Shown here: positions 12,763-25,479 of the stretch, piece after piece
Numbering within the stretch: position 1 is the first letter of the stretch
How the letters are laid out: every line of letters begins with the position of its first letter
Assembly: GCA_024679065.1 (NCBI GenBank)
Contig: JAGIQG010000015.1
Span: 61,814,001-61,878,000 of the forward strand
Length of the DNA stretch: 64,000 nt
Origin: Sphyrna mokarran
Lineage: Eukaryota
Reading direction: 5' to 3'
Notes under the pieces: generated by a model
Database searches by the model: none
The model's input: only the letters and a program-made list of their open reading frames with translations
What the model was told of the DNA's origin: nothing
Position numbers and translations under genes: made by a program

Positions 12763-13071
12763 TGAAAAAATAATATGTGCTCTGGTGAAGGAGGTATTAT
12801 AACATATATATCTATACATACATGTACACACATACACACACCAATATAGGCTTTACTGATGATTAGTGTGATTGAAAATACCAGCCCTGCATGTTTTGAA
12901 AAGTAATCCTTCTACTTATGCGTAATATGTCCGTGTAAGACAAGGATGGATCGTATTTCCAGAAAGGTTCAATCATCACCATTCAAGTAAGATCAGGATA
13001 ATACAAACTTGCTGCACTCAGGGATTACACTCACTATCATTCACAACATTACACTCAGTGTCATATTCGAT

Positions 13072-13915
13072 GGGTAGAATTTTCTCTTTTTTTTCAAAGT
13101 GACTAAAAACCGACATGTCTCCCTCTAGCCCAGCCCAGTTTTCATTCCACATCCTCAGCCTCTCAGAGAGAAAAAAAAGTTAGCAAGGACGGTTTGTGCC
13201 ATCAGTCAGAGGCCTAATTGAAGCACCAAGGCCAGTTCCACAGAAATCAAAGTGCCATCATTAAAAGGCCGCCTAAACAACCCTTAAAAAGGACCCCCCA
13301 CCTCCAAACCACAAGTCTCTCACCCCGCACCTTCAAAAAGAACAACATTGAGGCACCCCCTCATCTTTGCTGGCATTAGGATGGCTCCCTCTCACCCCCT
13401 CCATCCCTCCTTGCAGACATCACGAACACTATTCCATACCTCTCCCACATCCGCCACCATTGCAGTCTCAGGAACACTCCCCCCCTCCTCACAGGCATCA
13501 GCCACCCACAACAAACATAAGGGAAACCCCTCAGATGGGGCTGCCCAGTTAGCCACCCTTGGCACTGCCTCTGGCACAGGTTAGAGCTGCCAGGTTGGTG
13601 ATGCCTGACGATGCCTTCCTATCAGTGCTAATTTATGCCAGGGGTCAGTGTCAGGACACTTCCCTGTCATGTCTCTCTCCACCCATGGGCTATACTTACC
13701 TTTGTGCCCTCCCAGGGGAACCCCTTAATGGAATCTTGTTTTGCAAAATCTGTTGTAAACCTTGGCAGCATGGCATTACATCAGCGAGGTTTAAATATTC
13801 ATTGAGGGATGATCATGTAGCGAGAGGATGCTCGCTCATCATTTTTTTTAGTGAGTGCAAAGTTCCGAAGCCAAGCAGTTTCTTCTGGTCCTGCTGTGTT
13901 GAGAGCGGATAAACC
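13072..13915. mobile_element. Non-autonomous Harbinger-like MITE (intron 2)
   Basis: Starts gggtagaattttctc. The internal C-rich segment with ggcactgcc motifs is the reverse of 38955-39130 and 53280-53420. Confidence 0.5.
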
Positions 13916-14416
13916 TCAGCTGATTGTGTGCATTGAACATTCTACAGTGATGTGGTGCGTAGTTTGCTTTCTCCCACAGGCACATAGGGAGCTGGCACCA
14001 TACCCCATCTGTGGAAATTGGCTAGGCAGGGCCTGTGGTTGGTCCTGAGCTTGTTGACCACTTTTTTCTTGGAAAGTTGAAACTAAGCAATTGTTTAGTT
14101 GAATCTAAGAGCAAATATTTGCTTGTTGTGTCCAATGATTCCCATTCATTTGTCCAGATGGAATTTGCATTGAAATCCTATATGGGATTGTTTTTCCAGA
14201 TCAGCCTTCTTGATGGGAGTTGTACATTAGTAGCTGAATAGATCAGATGAAGTAGCAGATGGAAGGCATTACAAACTTTTTTTTATCTTTTGTGTGTTTT
14301 GCAAGTTGACAGGTATGTCAAGGAATGATGTTTGATAGAACAGGATGCTAAGGGAGTAGTGTTGAGCATAGTGCTCCAGTGGTAATACACATGGTAACAT
14401 TCAACATGGGTGTCAG

Positions 14417-14417
<1 letters not shown>

Positions 14418-14473
<56 letters not shown>

Positions 14474-14500
14474 AATGTGTGTATATGTACATGTGTGTGT
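14418..14500. repeat. (TG)n microsatellite
   Basis: Pure TG run followed by a degenerate extension. Confidence 0.97.
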
Positions 14501-14919
14501 TTTTTTATTCAGTCTAACATGCTGGCTCCAACCAAAGGATCCACGTGACTATTCACTCAGTCTCTAGAATTCTACTAAGATGTTTATCCTTTAATTCCCA
14601 CTGAACTGCTTTCTTTTTTCACACTCCATTTAAATAACTTTTGACCATTTGGTTCTTTTTAAGGAATGAAGAAAAATGCAACAAGTCATATTGCAGAGTT
14701 AAAATATAGCTCAGTGCAAATGCCAGCATATCAAAATTCTGCTTTGCAATGTTTTGGAAGTTTTTTAAAAAGACTGAGGATTCCAAAGTCACATAAAATG
14801 CAATATAGTGTACAATCAGTTATTCATTTGTATGTTAGTTCCTATTAACTGGTAAAAAATATATAGGGATTCCCTAGGATTTTTAGAATACTTATACATA
14901 GAAAAAATGACCAGAAACA

Positions 14920-15078
14920 TACCTACACACATGCAGATATACATATGCACACACATTAAAATACACAAATATGCAAACACATATAAACACAGGTATATGC
15001 ACATGAATAAGCATACACACATGTCCTTAAATGCACATATACATGCACACACACACATATATAGATACACATATATGT
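14920..15078. repeat. Degenerate (CA/TA)n low-complexity tract
   Basis: acacacatgcagatatacatatgcacacac... pattern. Confidence 0.85.
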
Positions 15079-16019
15079 TTGCACCAAGTACAATTATAGT
15101 AAATCACTGGCTGCCAGTGTGAGAATATATGCTCCTTTTATTTGCGAAGGACATTGATTTGAACAAACCCTCTACTGCTTTGAACAGTTTATATGGTTTT
15201 GGCTCTGCCTTGAATCCAGCTTTACAGGAATGTTCTCTCAGTAGATATTAATAACACCTGCAGTAATGCTACACTGCAACCTATTTAAAAATATAGTGTG
15301 ACAAGGACAGCTGGTGACAGAATATCAGTACTTAAGTAAATTGTTTTCCATGCTCTTTTAATGCAACACCAAGATCATGGAATTTGATCACGAGAGTATT
15401 AATGGACCTGCATTAAGTTCTTAAATGTGTGAATATTTGAATTGTTGTCTCCTTAACACCACAAAATGCTGAATTCTAAAGAATGCATTTGAGTGCCAGA
15501 GTACTTCAAGGGCAAGTACAGGAACAGATTCCTTCCTGGTTAATTGTACCTTGTATTTTTGAACAAGGTAATTCGATACTTCCAAAATAATAACATCCTG
15601 TGGTTTTAAGGGCTTTTGCCACGTTATCACTTGCAGACAGGGTATACTGATGCACTCAGACAAAAGTATTGCAGCAATAAATGAACACTGTCATCAGAGG
15701 ATAATTTGTGCAAGATTTATTTTGATAGCAGAAAGCAAGAAATATAATGTAATAGCACGAGCCTGATCCTTTGACAAAGATCTTTCCAAGACGGGAGAGA
15801 ATCATAAAATAGACAAGTACTTTACAGAAAGAAGCAACCCAGCTCATTACAGCTGTGCTGACTCTTTGAATGGCTAATCAGTCAACCTAATTTGCCTCTT
15901 CTTTAGCAATGGTAATGCATTTGCCTTCTGTATCTGATTGATATAACCAATATTGTATGGAGGATTGTGTCAACACAAATTGTTCTGATGTTAAGCATAT
16001 GATGAGAAAGATAATTTGT

Positions 16020-16360
16020 TTTATTCATTTATAGAAAGTGGGCAATACTGGCTAGGCCAGCATTTATTACCCATTCTTAGTTGCCCTTCACAAGGCGATG
16101 GTGAGCTGCCTTCTTGAACTGCTGCAGTCCCTAAGATGTAGGTACACTCACTGTGCTATAAGAGAGGGAATTCTGGATTTTAGTCCGGTGATAGTGAAGC
16201 AATTTGATGTATTTCCAAATCAGAATGATGAATGACTTGGAGGGAAATCCTCTGGTGGTGGTATTCCCAGGTACCTGCTGTTCTTGTCCTTCTAATAGTA
16301 GAGGTTGGAGATTTGGAAGGTGCTGCCAAAGGAACTTTAGCGAGTTCCTACAGTGCACAG
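16020..16360 (-). mobile_element. Non-LTR retrotransposon 3' fragment
   Basis: Reverse of the 32145-32540 family (ggccagcatttatt-ccc, ttcttgaactgctgcagtcc). Confidence 0.7.
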
Positions 16361-16730
16361 CTAAATATTATAGACTGGTTAACTTTTGCTACACTAACAT
16401 AGATTTTGTTTGGATAAATTATATTCCGCTTGGTTCCGTTGCAAAGCTGAGTTACCACCAATTTCTATGGCAAAAATATGATGGCTTGATTTCAGCACAT
16501 TTAAGTCATTCTGACAGATCAGTGTGCCAGCCTGGGACAGACTCTGTGCTTCAGAATCCTATGTATAATCGGCTTTGTGTGCCTGTCTGAGTGAAATCAA
16601 TGTAAAGTGCCACTCGTGCTATGCAGTATCTACATCCTTTTTACCTTTGCGACCATGATTGAGGATCATGTTAGTAATTGACTTGTAACCTAAATGAGGC
16701 TTGATAATACTTTTTCATTCTTTTTGTTAG

Positions 16731-17143
16731 GTGGTGATGTTACAATGACAGACAAAGAAAACGTGTTGAGTCAAATCAAACACAACGTCTCCACCAACAT
16801 CCCCACTACCTGTAGACATCGTTCAAAGGTCTGTGCCCTTTCCTGGGGTAAGGACCACACAAACTTTCCTACTGACTATGATTTCATCCTGGGTTCAGAT
16901 ATCGTCTATACTTCCCTCACTTACCCCTTGCTGCTAAAGACTTTGCTACATCTGGCCAAAGATCCAACCATCATTTATCTCTCTTCAAAATTACGTGCAG
17001 GGAACCAGTCGGCTACTTTTCACGAGGAGCTTTTACCTCAGCACTTCAATTGTCAGCTAGTTCACAGAGTCGAGGATAAAAATATTAACGTGTACAAGAT
17101 TAGCAAATTGAGTCCAAGGAGAAAAGATGACCTGCTGATGTAG
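16731..17143 (+). CDS. EEF1AKMT3: EEF1AKMT3-like, coding exon 3 (post-I, DxxY motif, stop)
   Basis: Acceptor tttttgttAG at 16729-16730. Translates GDVTMTD...ALSWG...YDFILGSDIVY...LLPQHF...NINVY, ending TAG. The three exons sum to 699 nt, in frame. LLPQHF is typical of METTL21B. Confidence 0.95.
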
Positions 17144-17461
17144 AATCATAAGGACTGCCAGGAAGAAGCTATTTGACACATCTTGCCTATGCCAGCTTTC
17201 AAAAAGTTAGCCGCACTCTTCTGCAATAAGAAAGATAGATCTTTGTTTTGTGTGGACTTTATTCATAGATGACTTTATTCTCTGATAACTTTCCTTGCAA
17301 AAATTGATTTATATATTTAACATGCTTCTGTTTCAACTTGCTTTTTTTCAATTTTCCTCCTTGCTCTATGGAAGTTGATACCCTAACCACAACTGTTAAC
17401 TAAGAATAATGCTTTCTTTGACTGTGATCCTGAAGAATGTCTAAGGTTGTAAAAGGTCCTA

Positions 17462-17467
17462 AATAAA
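17462..17467 (+). promoter_or_regulatory. Candidate polyadenylation signal of the EEF1AKMT3-like gene
   Basis: AATAAA about 320 nt after the stop codon, followed by a T-rich tract. Not verified by transcript data. Confidence 0.4.
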
Positions 17468-17524
17468 ATGAAATCTTTCTTTTCTTTTGCTGAGATTCTG
17501 AAAGTACTTTTTAACACCTGTTAA

Positions 17525-18168
17525 TATGTTGATAATGTTGTTAAGAAGGCATACGGAGTCTTAGCTTTTATTGGTAGGGGCATTGAATTTCGGAGCCGCA
17601 ACGTCATGTTGCAACTGTACAAAACTCTAGTGTGGCCGCATTTGGAGTATTGTGTATAGTTCTGGTCCCCGCATTATAAAAAAGATGTGGAGGCATTGGA
17701 GAGGGTACAGAGGAGGTTTACCAGGATGTTGCCTGGTATGGAAGGCAGGTCTTATAAAGAGAGGCTGAGAGATTTGAGGTTGTTTTCGTTACAAAGAAGG
17801 CGGCTAAGAGGAGACCTCATTGAAACATATAAGATGATTAGAGGTTTAGATAGGGTGGACAGTGATAGCCTTTTTCCTAGGATGGAGAAAGCCAGCATGA
17901 GGGGACATAGCTTTAAATTAAGGGGTGGTAGTTATAGGACAGATATCAGAGGTAGGTTCTTTACCCAGAGGGTGATAAGGGTATGGAATGCCCTGCTGCG
18001 GCAGTTGTAGATGCGCCAAGTTTGGTGACGTTTAAGAGATTAGTAGATAAGTTTATGGACGAAAAGAGAATGGTTTAGGTTAGAGGGTCATTGCTTTTTC
18101 CTAATTGGTCAGCAAAACATCGAAGGCCGAAGGGCCTGTTCTATGCTGTAATGTTCTATGTTCTATGT
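17525..18168 (+). mobile_element. CR1 LINE 3' end, relatively young
   Basis: ALERVQRRFTRMLPG...RRRLRGDLIETYK...FFTQRV, with a (ttctatg)n tail. Confidence 0.92.
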
Positions 18169-18569
18169 TAATATTGCAATATTGAACCGCATTGAATCCT
18201 TTGCCATTGTGATTTTGGTGCGAAAATTTTATTTCTCTCATGATTATGTTAAAATATATATCACACTTTTGTCTAGGAATGAAATAAAATAACTGTTAAG
18301 CGATGTGATTATGCTGGCTGTCTTCTGTTCATTTGTTAATATTCCAAAGAGAATGCAATTGTAACCCAGCCAGCTCTCCACTTGATTTATTCTCAAGGCA
18401 GCATCTCCCTGCTTGTTACTTATGTTTGCCATTTCACTCCAGAAATAATGAAGGGGAGCAGGCCTTCTGTAAATCTTTTCACACAGGTATTGGGAAATTG
18501 TGGAAAAGCAATGCTGCTTTATCTGTCTGTCATCAGCCTTTGCAAATTTCTGGGAAAATCTTGCCCCTG

Positions 18570-19475
18570 TCATTGAATGACAATTTAGAGACAATCCCCA
18601 AAGGCCAAGCTCCAAGCCATTGCCAGTGTCTTCATCAAGGTACATGACAGCATGGGCCTTACTTTCAGCATCAGTAAGATGAAGTGCCTTTGCAAACTTT
18701 GCCCCTGCTACACAGCACTGCCCCCAGTTATCAACATCCACAAGGACCTGGCCAATGTGGACAATTTTCAATAACCTGGTTGCCTATTCTCAGCAAGGGC
18801 AGACATTGACAACAAGATTCACCTTCAGTCTCCTCAGGAAGAAATGTTAGAAAGTCAAAACATCAGATCTGTCATCACCCTCATGATTTAGAGAGGAATA
18901 GTGATAGCCACTCTCTTCTATGACTCTGAGTTGTGGATTTCATAAAGCAGGCACTTTAAAATCCTGGAGAAGCACCATTAGCACTGCCTCTGAAATACCC
19001 TGCAAATTCATTGGCACCAATGTTTTTGCTCAGTTCAACAGCTCCAACATTGAAGCATTGACCACACTTGATCAGCTCTGCTGGGTAGACCATATTGTCA
19101 ACACAACAGACATGAGACTCCTGAAACAAAAGCTCTACTTGGAGATTCAACATAAGAAGTGAGTCCCAGGAGGCCAGAGGAAATTCTTCAAGGACACCCT
19201 TAAAGCCTCCTTGAAAAAGTGCAATATTCCCTCTGAAATCTGGGAATCCTCGAACCATAAACGCCTGAACTGGAGGAAAAGCATACAGGCAGGAGCTAAA
19301 CACCGTGAGTTTAATCACTGAGAGCAAGCCAAGACAGTGAAAGGAATTCAAAGTTACCTACCCCACCTACCCCACCAAACACTCTCTGGCCCACTTGTGA
19401 CAGAGACTATAAGTCATGAATTAAGTTACTGGGAATTCATTTTTTAGCATGGAAGCCAATCATCCTCAATTCCAA
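18570..19475 (+). mobile_element. RTE-clade LINE 3' remnant
   Basis: IEAL...QLCWVDHIV...MRLLKQKLY followed by GGQRKFFKDTLKASLKKCNIP, typical of the RTE C-terminus. Confidence 0.8.
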
Positions 19476-19855
19476 GGAACACTTAGTTGGCTGAGATTTT
19501 GTGCTCAAGTCCTGGAGTAGAATGTGAACCCCTGGGCCAGAATCTTGTTACCATTCACAGTAGTGGGATTTTCTCATCCTGCCCCAGTGAACGGAAGTTT
19601 GGTTGGCTGCGAAATTCTCCAACTTCGCTGCAGCAGGAGTATGGTGTGAATAGCTGGAAAAATTTCTTCCTGGTGTTCTGAATGAGAAATGAGAATGGGA
19701 TCTTTCTTGATGATGGCCATAATTACAGCATCTCTTGAGATCTCCTGGCATGTTCTCCATGTTCTGAGTTATCAGAGCAATTTTTCATTTTGTTAACCAC
19801 AGTTAGTTTGCATTGACCTTGTTTTTCACTGAAAATTGGATTGCTGTGAGTCTTT

Positions 19856-19984
19856 GGTTGGATTTCTCCGACTACAGCTGAGATTTTCTATTCCTGCTGG
19901 AGTGAATGGTGATTTGGCTGAGCGCCAAATTCTCAATTCTCACTGGCAGCGGTGGCAAGCTATACTACATTGGAGAATTCCAGC
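19856..19984. mobile_element. Short MITE with Harbinger-like TIRs
   Basis: ggttggatttctcc ... ggagaattccagc imperfect terminal inverted repeats. Confidence 0.55.
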
Positions 19985-20864
19985 TTTGGAATTCCCTTCC
20001 TCAAAAGGCAGTGTATGAAAATTTTTAAGGCAGAGCTCAACTAATTCTTGATAGGCAAGATGTGAGAGGTTATTGGGGTTGATGTGAGTATAGAGCTGAG
20101 ATTACAGTCAGACAAACTGTGATTGTTTTAAATGATGGAACAGACTCAGGGGGCCTATTAGTGCTCCTAATTCATGCGACATCAGAGGACTACTTGCAAT
20201 ATGCTCCAGAAACATTATTAATGCCTCCTAACAAGCTGACTGCAGGGAAATTTCAGCAGAATTGCAAAATAATCTCTTGCCCTTCAGTGATTTCACCCAT
20301 TGCCCAGAATCATAAGCTGGGCCTTTCTGGCCAATCAAGCTGGTGGGTTTTTTCAGTCCCTCGTGACACTGTATCCCAGTTGTTGGTTTCAAAACGGCGA
20401 GGGTTGCATTCAATGGGAACTCTGTTGACAACAGTGGGATCAGAAGATCCCACAGCCTGTCAATTGTGGGCCACATCTCTTGCATGATAAATACTGCCTG
20501 TTGCCTGCTATACAGTTTGTTTTAACCCTTATACAGTGTTCAAATAACTACGAACAGATGTCTTATTAGTACAACCAGTATTTATTTAAACCCACACAAT
20601 TAATAATCACCCACCCAACCAACAATAAGTTATCTTACAGGAATATACTAAAGTTCAAGTCCAACATAAGACTTTGACATAACTTTGTATGACTGGCAAA
20701 TGCCCAAGCAGATATTGGCCTTTATCTGTGTGCTGGTCTCGGTAGTCCTCTGCATAGTTTGGTCCTTCGGTCTGGTCTGGCACTCTGGCTTTGGTCTTCC
20801 TTCCTTGTTTCTCAGGTATGGTGGCTCTCCTCGTACTGGTCATCACTGACAAAGCTGTACAAAG

Positions 20865-21632
20865 GATATGGAAATGCTGCCATTGGACTGAGATATCAGT
20901 CTCTAAGATAGACAGAGTAGGTCATCTTAAAACACCAGGTTAAAGTCCAACAGGTTTATTTGGTAGCACGAGCTTTCAGAGCGCTGCCCCTTCATCGGGG
21001 AATGAAGAGTTGGGTTCACAAACAGGGCATATATAGACACAAACTCAATTACAAGTTAATGGTTGGAATGGGAGTCTTAATAGGTAATCAGGTCTTTACA
21101 AAAGCAGACTAAGTTAGTGGAAGAGGGTTAAGCACATGTTAAAGAGGTGTAAATTGTCTCCAGTCAGGACAGTTAGTAAGATTTTGCAAGCCCAGATAAG
21201 CCATGGGGGTTAAAGACAATGTGGCATGAACACAAGATCCTAGTTGAGGCCGTCCTCATGTGTGCGGAACTTGGCTAACAGTTTCTGCTCGGTGATTCTG
21301 CATTGTTATATGTCATGAAGGCTGTCTTGGAGAACGCTTACCCAAAGATCAGAGGCTGAATCCCCGTGACCACTAAAGTGTTCACCAACAGAAAGAGAGC
21401 AGCGTCCTTTCATCTGCTGTTGTAGCATCTGCATGGTCTCCTCAATGTACCATGCCTCGGGACATCCTTTCCTGCAATGTATCAGGTAGATGTTGCAAAC
21501 ATTGTCTTGTAAATTGAGTCTGCGCCTGTTTGTGAACTCAAGTCTTCACCCACCTAATGAAGAAGCAGTGCTCCAAAAGCTTGTGCTCCAAATAAACCCA
21601 TTGGAATTTAACTGTGTTGTGAGACTATTAAT
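20865..21632 (-). mobile_element. Decayed Penelope-like element with inverted end
   Basis: GIY-YIG C-terminal remnant (ccgtcctcatgtgtgcggaacttggcta), inverted pLTR piece at about 21525-21628, and flanking tgtacaaag at 20856-20864 and 21633-21641. Confidence 0.85.
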
Positions 21633-22029
21633 TGTACAAAGAATGGCAGCTCATTTGCTACCCTGGAGCAGCCCACCAACTGACCCAGTCCCTTCATGTC
21701 TTCAGACTGTATTTTGCCTCAGAGAGAGCTCCAATTCTTGTGGTAATTACACATTCTCAACCTAATTTGTCCCCCAAGTCAGGTGACCCTGTTCTGCTGT
21801 GTTACCCTTAAAGGAGCAATCTCCACATTCACCACACTTTTGTGCCCTGAAATGCATAGAGTTGAGTCTCAGTGTGCTGCTGGCCTTCCAAAACTGTGAC
21901 TTTTCTAAGTGGGCCTGCAGCCTCAGAAACCTACCCTCTATACTTCACTGGATGGGTCTCCTGGAGGCAACTTCCTACCCAGCTGTCGCTGGGAAAATTA
22001 GCAGCAGATACCAGAGTTACAGGCTTGGA

Positions 22030-22580
22030 TAGTTGAAAGCAAGGTCATCAATTGTGAAGCAATTAAAATCGGAGATGGGTAAGAAGGCAGAAATCAGAGA
22101 AGGTTGTAAGCAATGTTCCCTTTAAATTGCATTGTAGTGTGTGGTATCTTTAATGTTTGCACAGGGAACATTGCCTGCACAGACTTTTTGCTCTGTTGTG
22201 TGATCACAGATGCAGGCAGCTTTGTGGGAATGTTGATTTTAGGGTTAGAGGGAGTTACAGAAAACAGGAGGAGTGAGGCCATTGAGGGATTTAATAAAGC
22301 TAATATTTAGGTGTTATTGAACTGGCAGCCAATGTAAGGATAATGGTTGAATAGAACATGTTACAAGTTAGGATAAGAGTAGCAGAGTTTTAAAAGAGCT
22401 CAGGTTTATGATGGTGTAGGATGGAGGGATGCGGGGTGGAGATGGGCACTCAAAAAAGCATTGGAGTATTCAAAACTAGAGCTAAGTAAAGCACAGTTAA
22501 GGGTTTCAGCAGCGGATGAGTTGTGACAGGGTCAGAATCAGGCAAGAAAGAAATTTATCTGTGTGATAGTAAGTATTGTG
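22030..22580 (-). mobile_element. L2-like LINE remnant
   Basis: ggagggagttacagaaacagg and aaagcacagttaagggtttcagcagcggatgag; similar to 5090-5820. Confidence 0.55.
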
Positions 22581-22619
22581 AATGAGATACATGTCAGAGC
22601 ACTTTAGTGCCCTAGTCAA

Positions 22620-22942
22620 GGATAGCATGGTGGCATAGCAGTTAACACTGCTGCTTCACAGCGCCAGGAACCCATGTTCAGTTCCGGCCTGGGGTGACTG
22701 TATAGAGTTTGCACATTCTTCCATGTCTGCATGAGTTTCCTTTAGGTGCTCCAGTTCCCTTCCTCAGTCCAAAAATATATGGGTTAGGTTGATTGGCTAT
22801 GCTAAATTTCCCCTTATGTCACGGGGAATTAGTAGGGTAAATAGGTGGGGTTATGGGGATAGGACTGGGATGGGATTGCTGTTGGTGCAGTTTCAATGGT
22901 CAAAATGGCCTCCTTCTGCATTGTAGGAATTCTATGATTCTA
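22620..22942 (+). mobile_element. HE1-like SINE
   Basis: agcatggtggcatagcagttaacactgctgc head and ggcctccttctgcattgtaggaattctatgattcta tail. Confidence 0.85.
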
Positions 22943-23658
22943 GTGTTGCTAATGTGCACAAGACTGTGCGGCAGTGAAAGGAATATTACAAGGGAATGTA
23001 TCTGGTGTTGAGGGGTGCTGTAAAAGATTGAAAGAGGCAGCGCAAAATATGTTGTAGTGATTTTTGAAAACTGCTTGCAGTCTGGAGGGGAAGGTTATGA
23101 GTGCAACAGACAGTGCAAGGCTTATCATAAAGTAATGATAGGCTTACCCTAGCTATGTACATAATATCATTGAACACTAGCTGTTTCTTGCACTGAATAA
23201 TCATGAATTGATCCTCATGACAGTTTCAAGCGTTTGGGTTGGTTTCAGTTTGTATTAACAAAACAAACAACATGAAATTATATAGCTCCTTTCATACTCT
23301 ATTAATTAGGGCACCCAATTTTGTGTCAGTGGCAAATCGATGGTCATGAAATTATGTAACACAATGGTGAGGATGAGAATTTAACTTGATGAAAAGAAGG
23401 AAACCTTCATCATGTGGGCCTCAGTGTGGAACTACAGCATCCTCTAGTGTGAGTGTTAAGTATTGCTTACAGGATGTGGTGATAAGAGTCAGGCCCACGC
23501 AATATGTCAAAGGTAAGCTGCTGCAGTACCTGTCATAATGGGTTCGTGTTACAAAGTCATTGGGAATAAGTGATTAAGAAGGATCAATTTGATCAAAATC
23601 ATTAAAAAAATTATGGATTGAAATGATTTAAAAAGTAGATGTGCCATATAAAAAGTGA

Positions 23659-23769
23659 CAGTAAGTGGTCTCACAACATCAGATTAAAGTCCAGCAGGTT
23701 TATTTGGTAGCACAAGCTATCAAAGCTACTTATTGCGCCTCCCCTAGTCCAACCCTGGCAACTCCACAT
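23659..23769. mobile_element. 111-bp Penelope-terminus-derived mini-insertion
   Basis: cacaacatcagattaaagtccagcaggtttatttgg plus ctagtccaaccctggcaactccacat, flanked by tataaaaagtga at 23647-23658 and 23770-23781. Confidence 0.75.
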
Positions 23770-23894
23770 TATAAAAAGTGAATTACAGTTAAATATTTTA
23801 AAAGTCTGATGATTGTGGTTAAACAGTCATTTGAATGTTAACATTTGAAAACTAAGAAATCATTCAAACGTGTGAAAAACTGTCAGGAAAAGCT

Positions 23895-24375
23895 TAGAGT
23901 CAGAGAGATACATGGCACAGAAACATGGCCCTTTGGCCCAACTCATCAATGCCAACCAGATTTCCTAAACTGAACTAGTCCTATTTCCCTGTGTTAGATT
24001 CATATCCCTCTAAACCTTTCCTATCCGTGTACCTGTCCAAATGAGTTCTAAATGTTATCATGGTACCCGCCATTACCAGATCCTCTGGCACCACCCTCTG
24101 CTGAAAAGGTTATCTTTCAGGTCCCTTTTAAACTTTTCCCCTCTTAAACCTATGCCCTTTAGTATTGGATTCCCCTACCCTGGGGAAAACACCTTGACCA
24201 TTCATCTTATCTACACCCTTCATAATTTTAGAAATCTCTATGAGGACAGCCCTACGATCCAGGGCAAAATGCCCCAGTCTATCCAACCTCTCATTATAAT
24301 TCAAACCTTCCAGCCCTGTAACATCATTGTAAATCTTTTTTGCACCCTTTCCAGTTTAATAACATTCTTCCTGTT
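23895..24375 (-). mobile_element. CR1 LINE 3' fragment
   Basis: accaccctctg-tgaaaa and gtaaatcttttttgcaccctttccag motifs. Confidence 0.8.
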
Positions 24376-25479
24376 GAAAACGTTTTTAAAATATTGATAA
24401 ATTTGAGAAGAGGCGTGACTTCAGATTTTCATTTTGAAAGTTGAATCATCCTTCCATTTCTGGTCAGATATAACTACGCAATTATCCCAAATCTTTTAAT
24501 TTCCTCCATTTAATCCAAATTGCCTGTGGACTGGGAACAAGTGCTGTGGAGTAGCACAGAATGGACCACAAAAATTTAGGAATTCTTTTTCCATTCATCA
24601 GAATTTATGGGAGAGAAAGCAGGATTAGGCTATTGAATTGGATGATCAGCCATGATCGTAATGAATGATGGAGCAGGCTCCAAGGGCCAAATGGCCTTCT
24701 GCTTCTATCTTCTATGTTTCTATGTTTCATATTTGTGTCATCACTAAGGCCATCTATTTCCACTTTCCTGACACTCCCTGAATTTGCTCCCAATTCAGCT
24801 TCTCAGCTGTTGAAACCCATATCAGGGTCAGTGCAATCACAAGGCAAACTAGTTGATCAACTAGAGTGACAAACTTTCAGGGACAGCAGAAAATGGAATG
24901 AACTATTCATGGAACTACTAAAATAAACAAACAGCTTTGGGAATGAAACATCTAGTTCACTGATATGCATTCATATATACTAACAAATATATAGATTTCT
25001 ATGTCATTTACTTTGCAGTGTCTTCCAAAATATCATATTATATTCTTCATTCATTTCATGGTACAACCGTCTGATTTCCAAAACTGAAAATAAGTAGATA
25101 ATGTCAACAAAATAGTTTAATCTAGCCTACTCTGCTGTACTGATCACTGACTGCATAAATTGTGCATAAAATTACTTCATAGTTGTTGTACTAATGCATG
25201 GCATCATACCATGTGAGCCATATTATACATTATAATGTGCACTCCTTCCAACACATATTCTATGAAATGAGAATGTATGATTGGTATCATAATATTCTCC
25301 TTTTCATGTAAGATAAATCTACAATTAAAAATTTAGAGCTTTTATTCATAGTCATGCATAACATTCAGATTTTGAAAGTGAATTGTGAGAAGGCTGAGTG
25401 TTTTCCTAGGGCACCTAACAGCCGTACCTAGACCATGGCTCGTGTTTGTGCCTTCTTTATCTCTAGACCCAATCACTCA

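Noticed and set aside
14283-15122. His/Thr- and Cys/Val-rich ORFs
   Set aside because: They are translations of CA/TG microsatellites.
16694-16730. ATG at 16694 as the start of a 149-aa protein
   Set aside because: It lies in the intron's polypyrimidine region; the true exon starts at 16731.
20965-21000. Functional hammerheads in the older Penelope copies (also about 21553 and 32780)
   Set aside because: Core nucleotides are mutated (CCGATGA, CTAATGA, or AAAA for GAAA), so these are treated as decayed.
24849-24864. Perfect 16-bp palindrome ctagttgatcaactag
   Set aside because: About one such palindrome is expected by chance in 64 kb.
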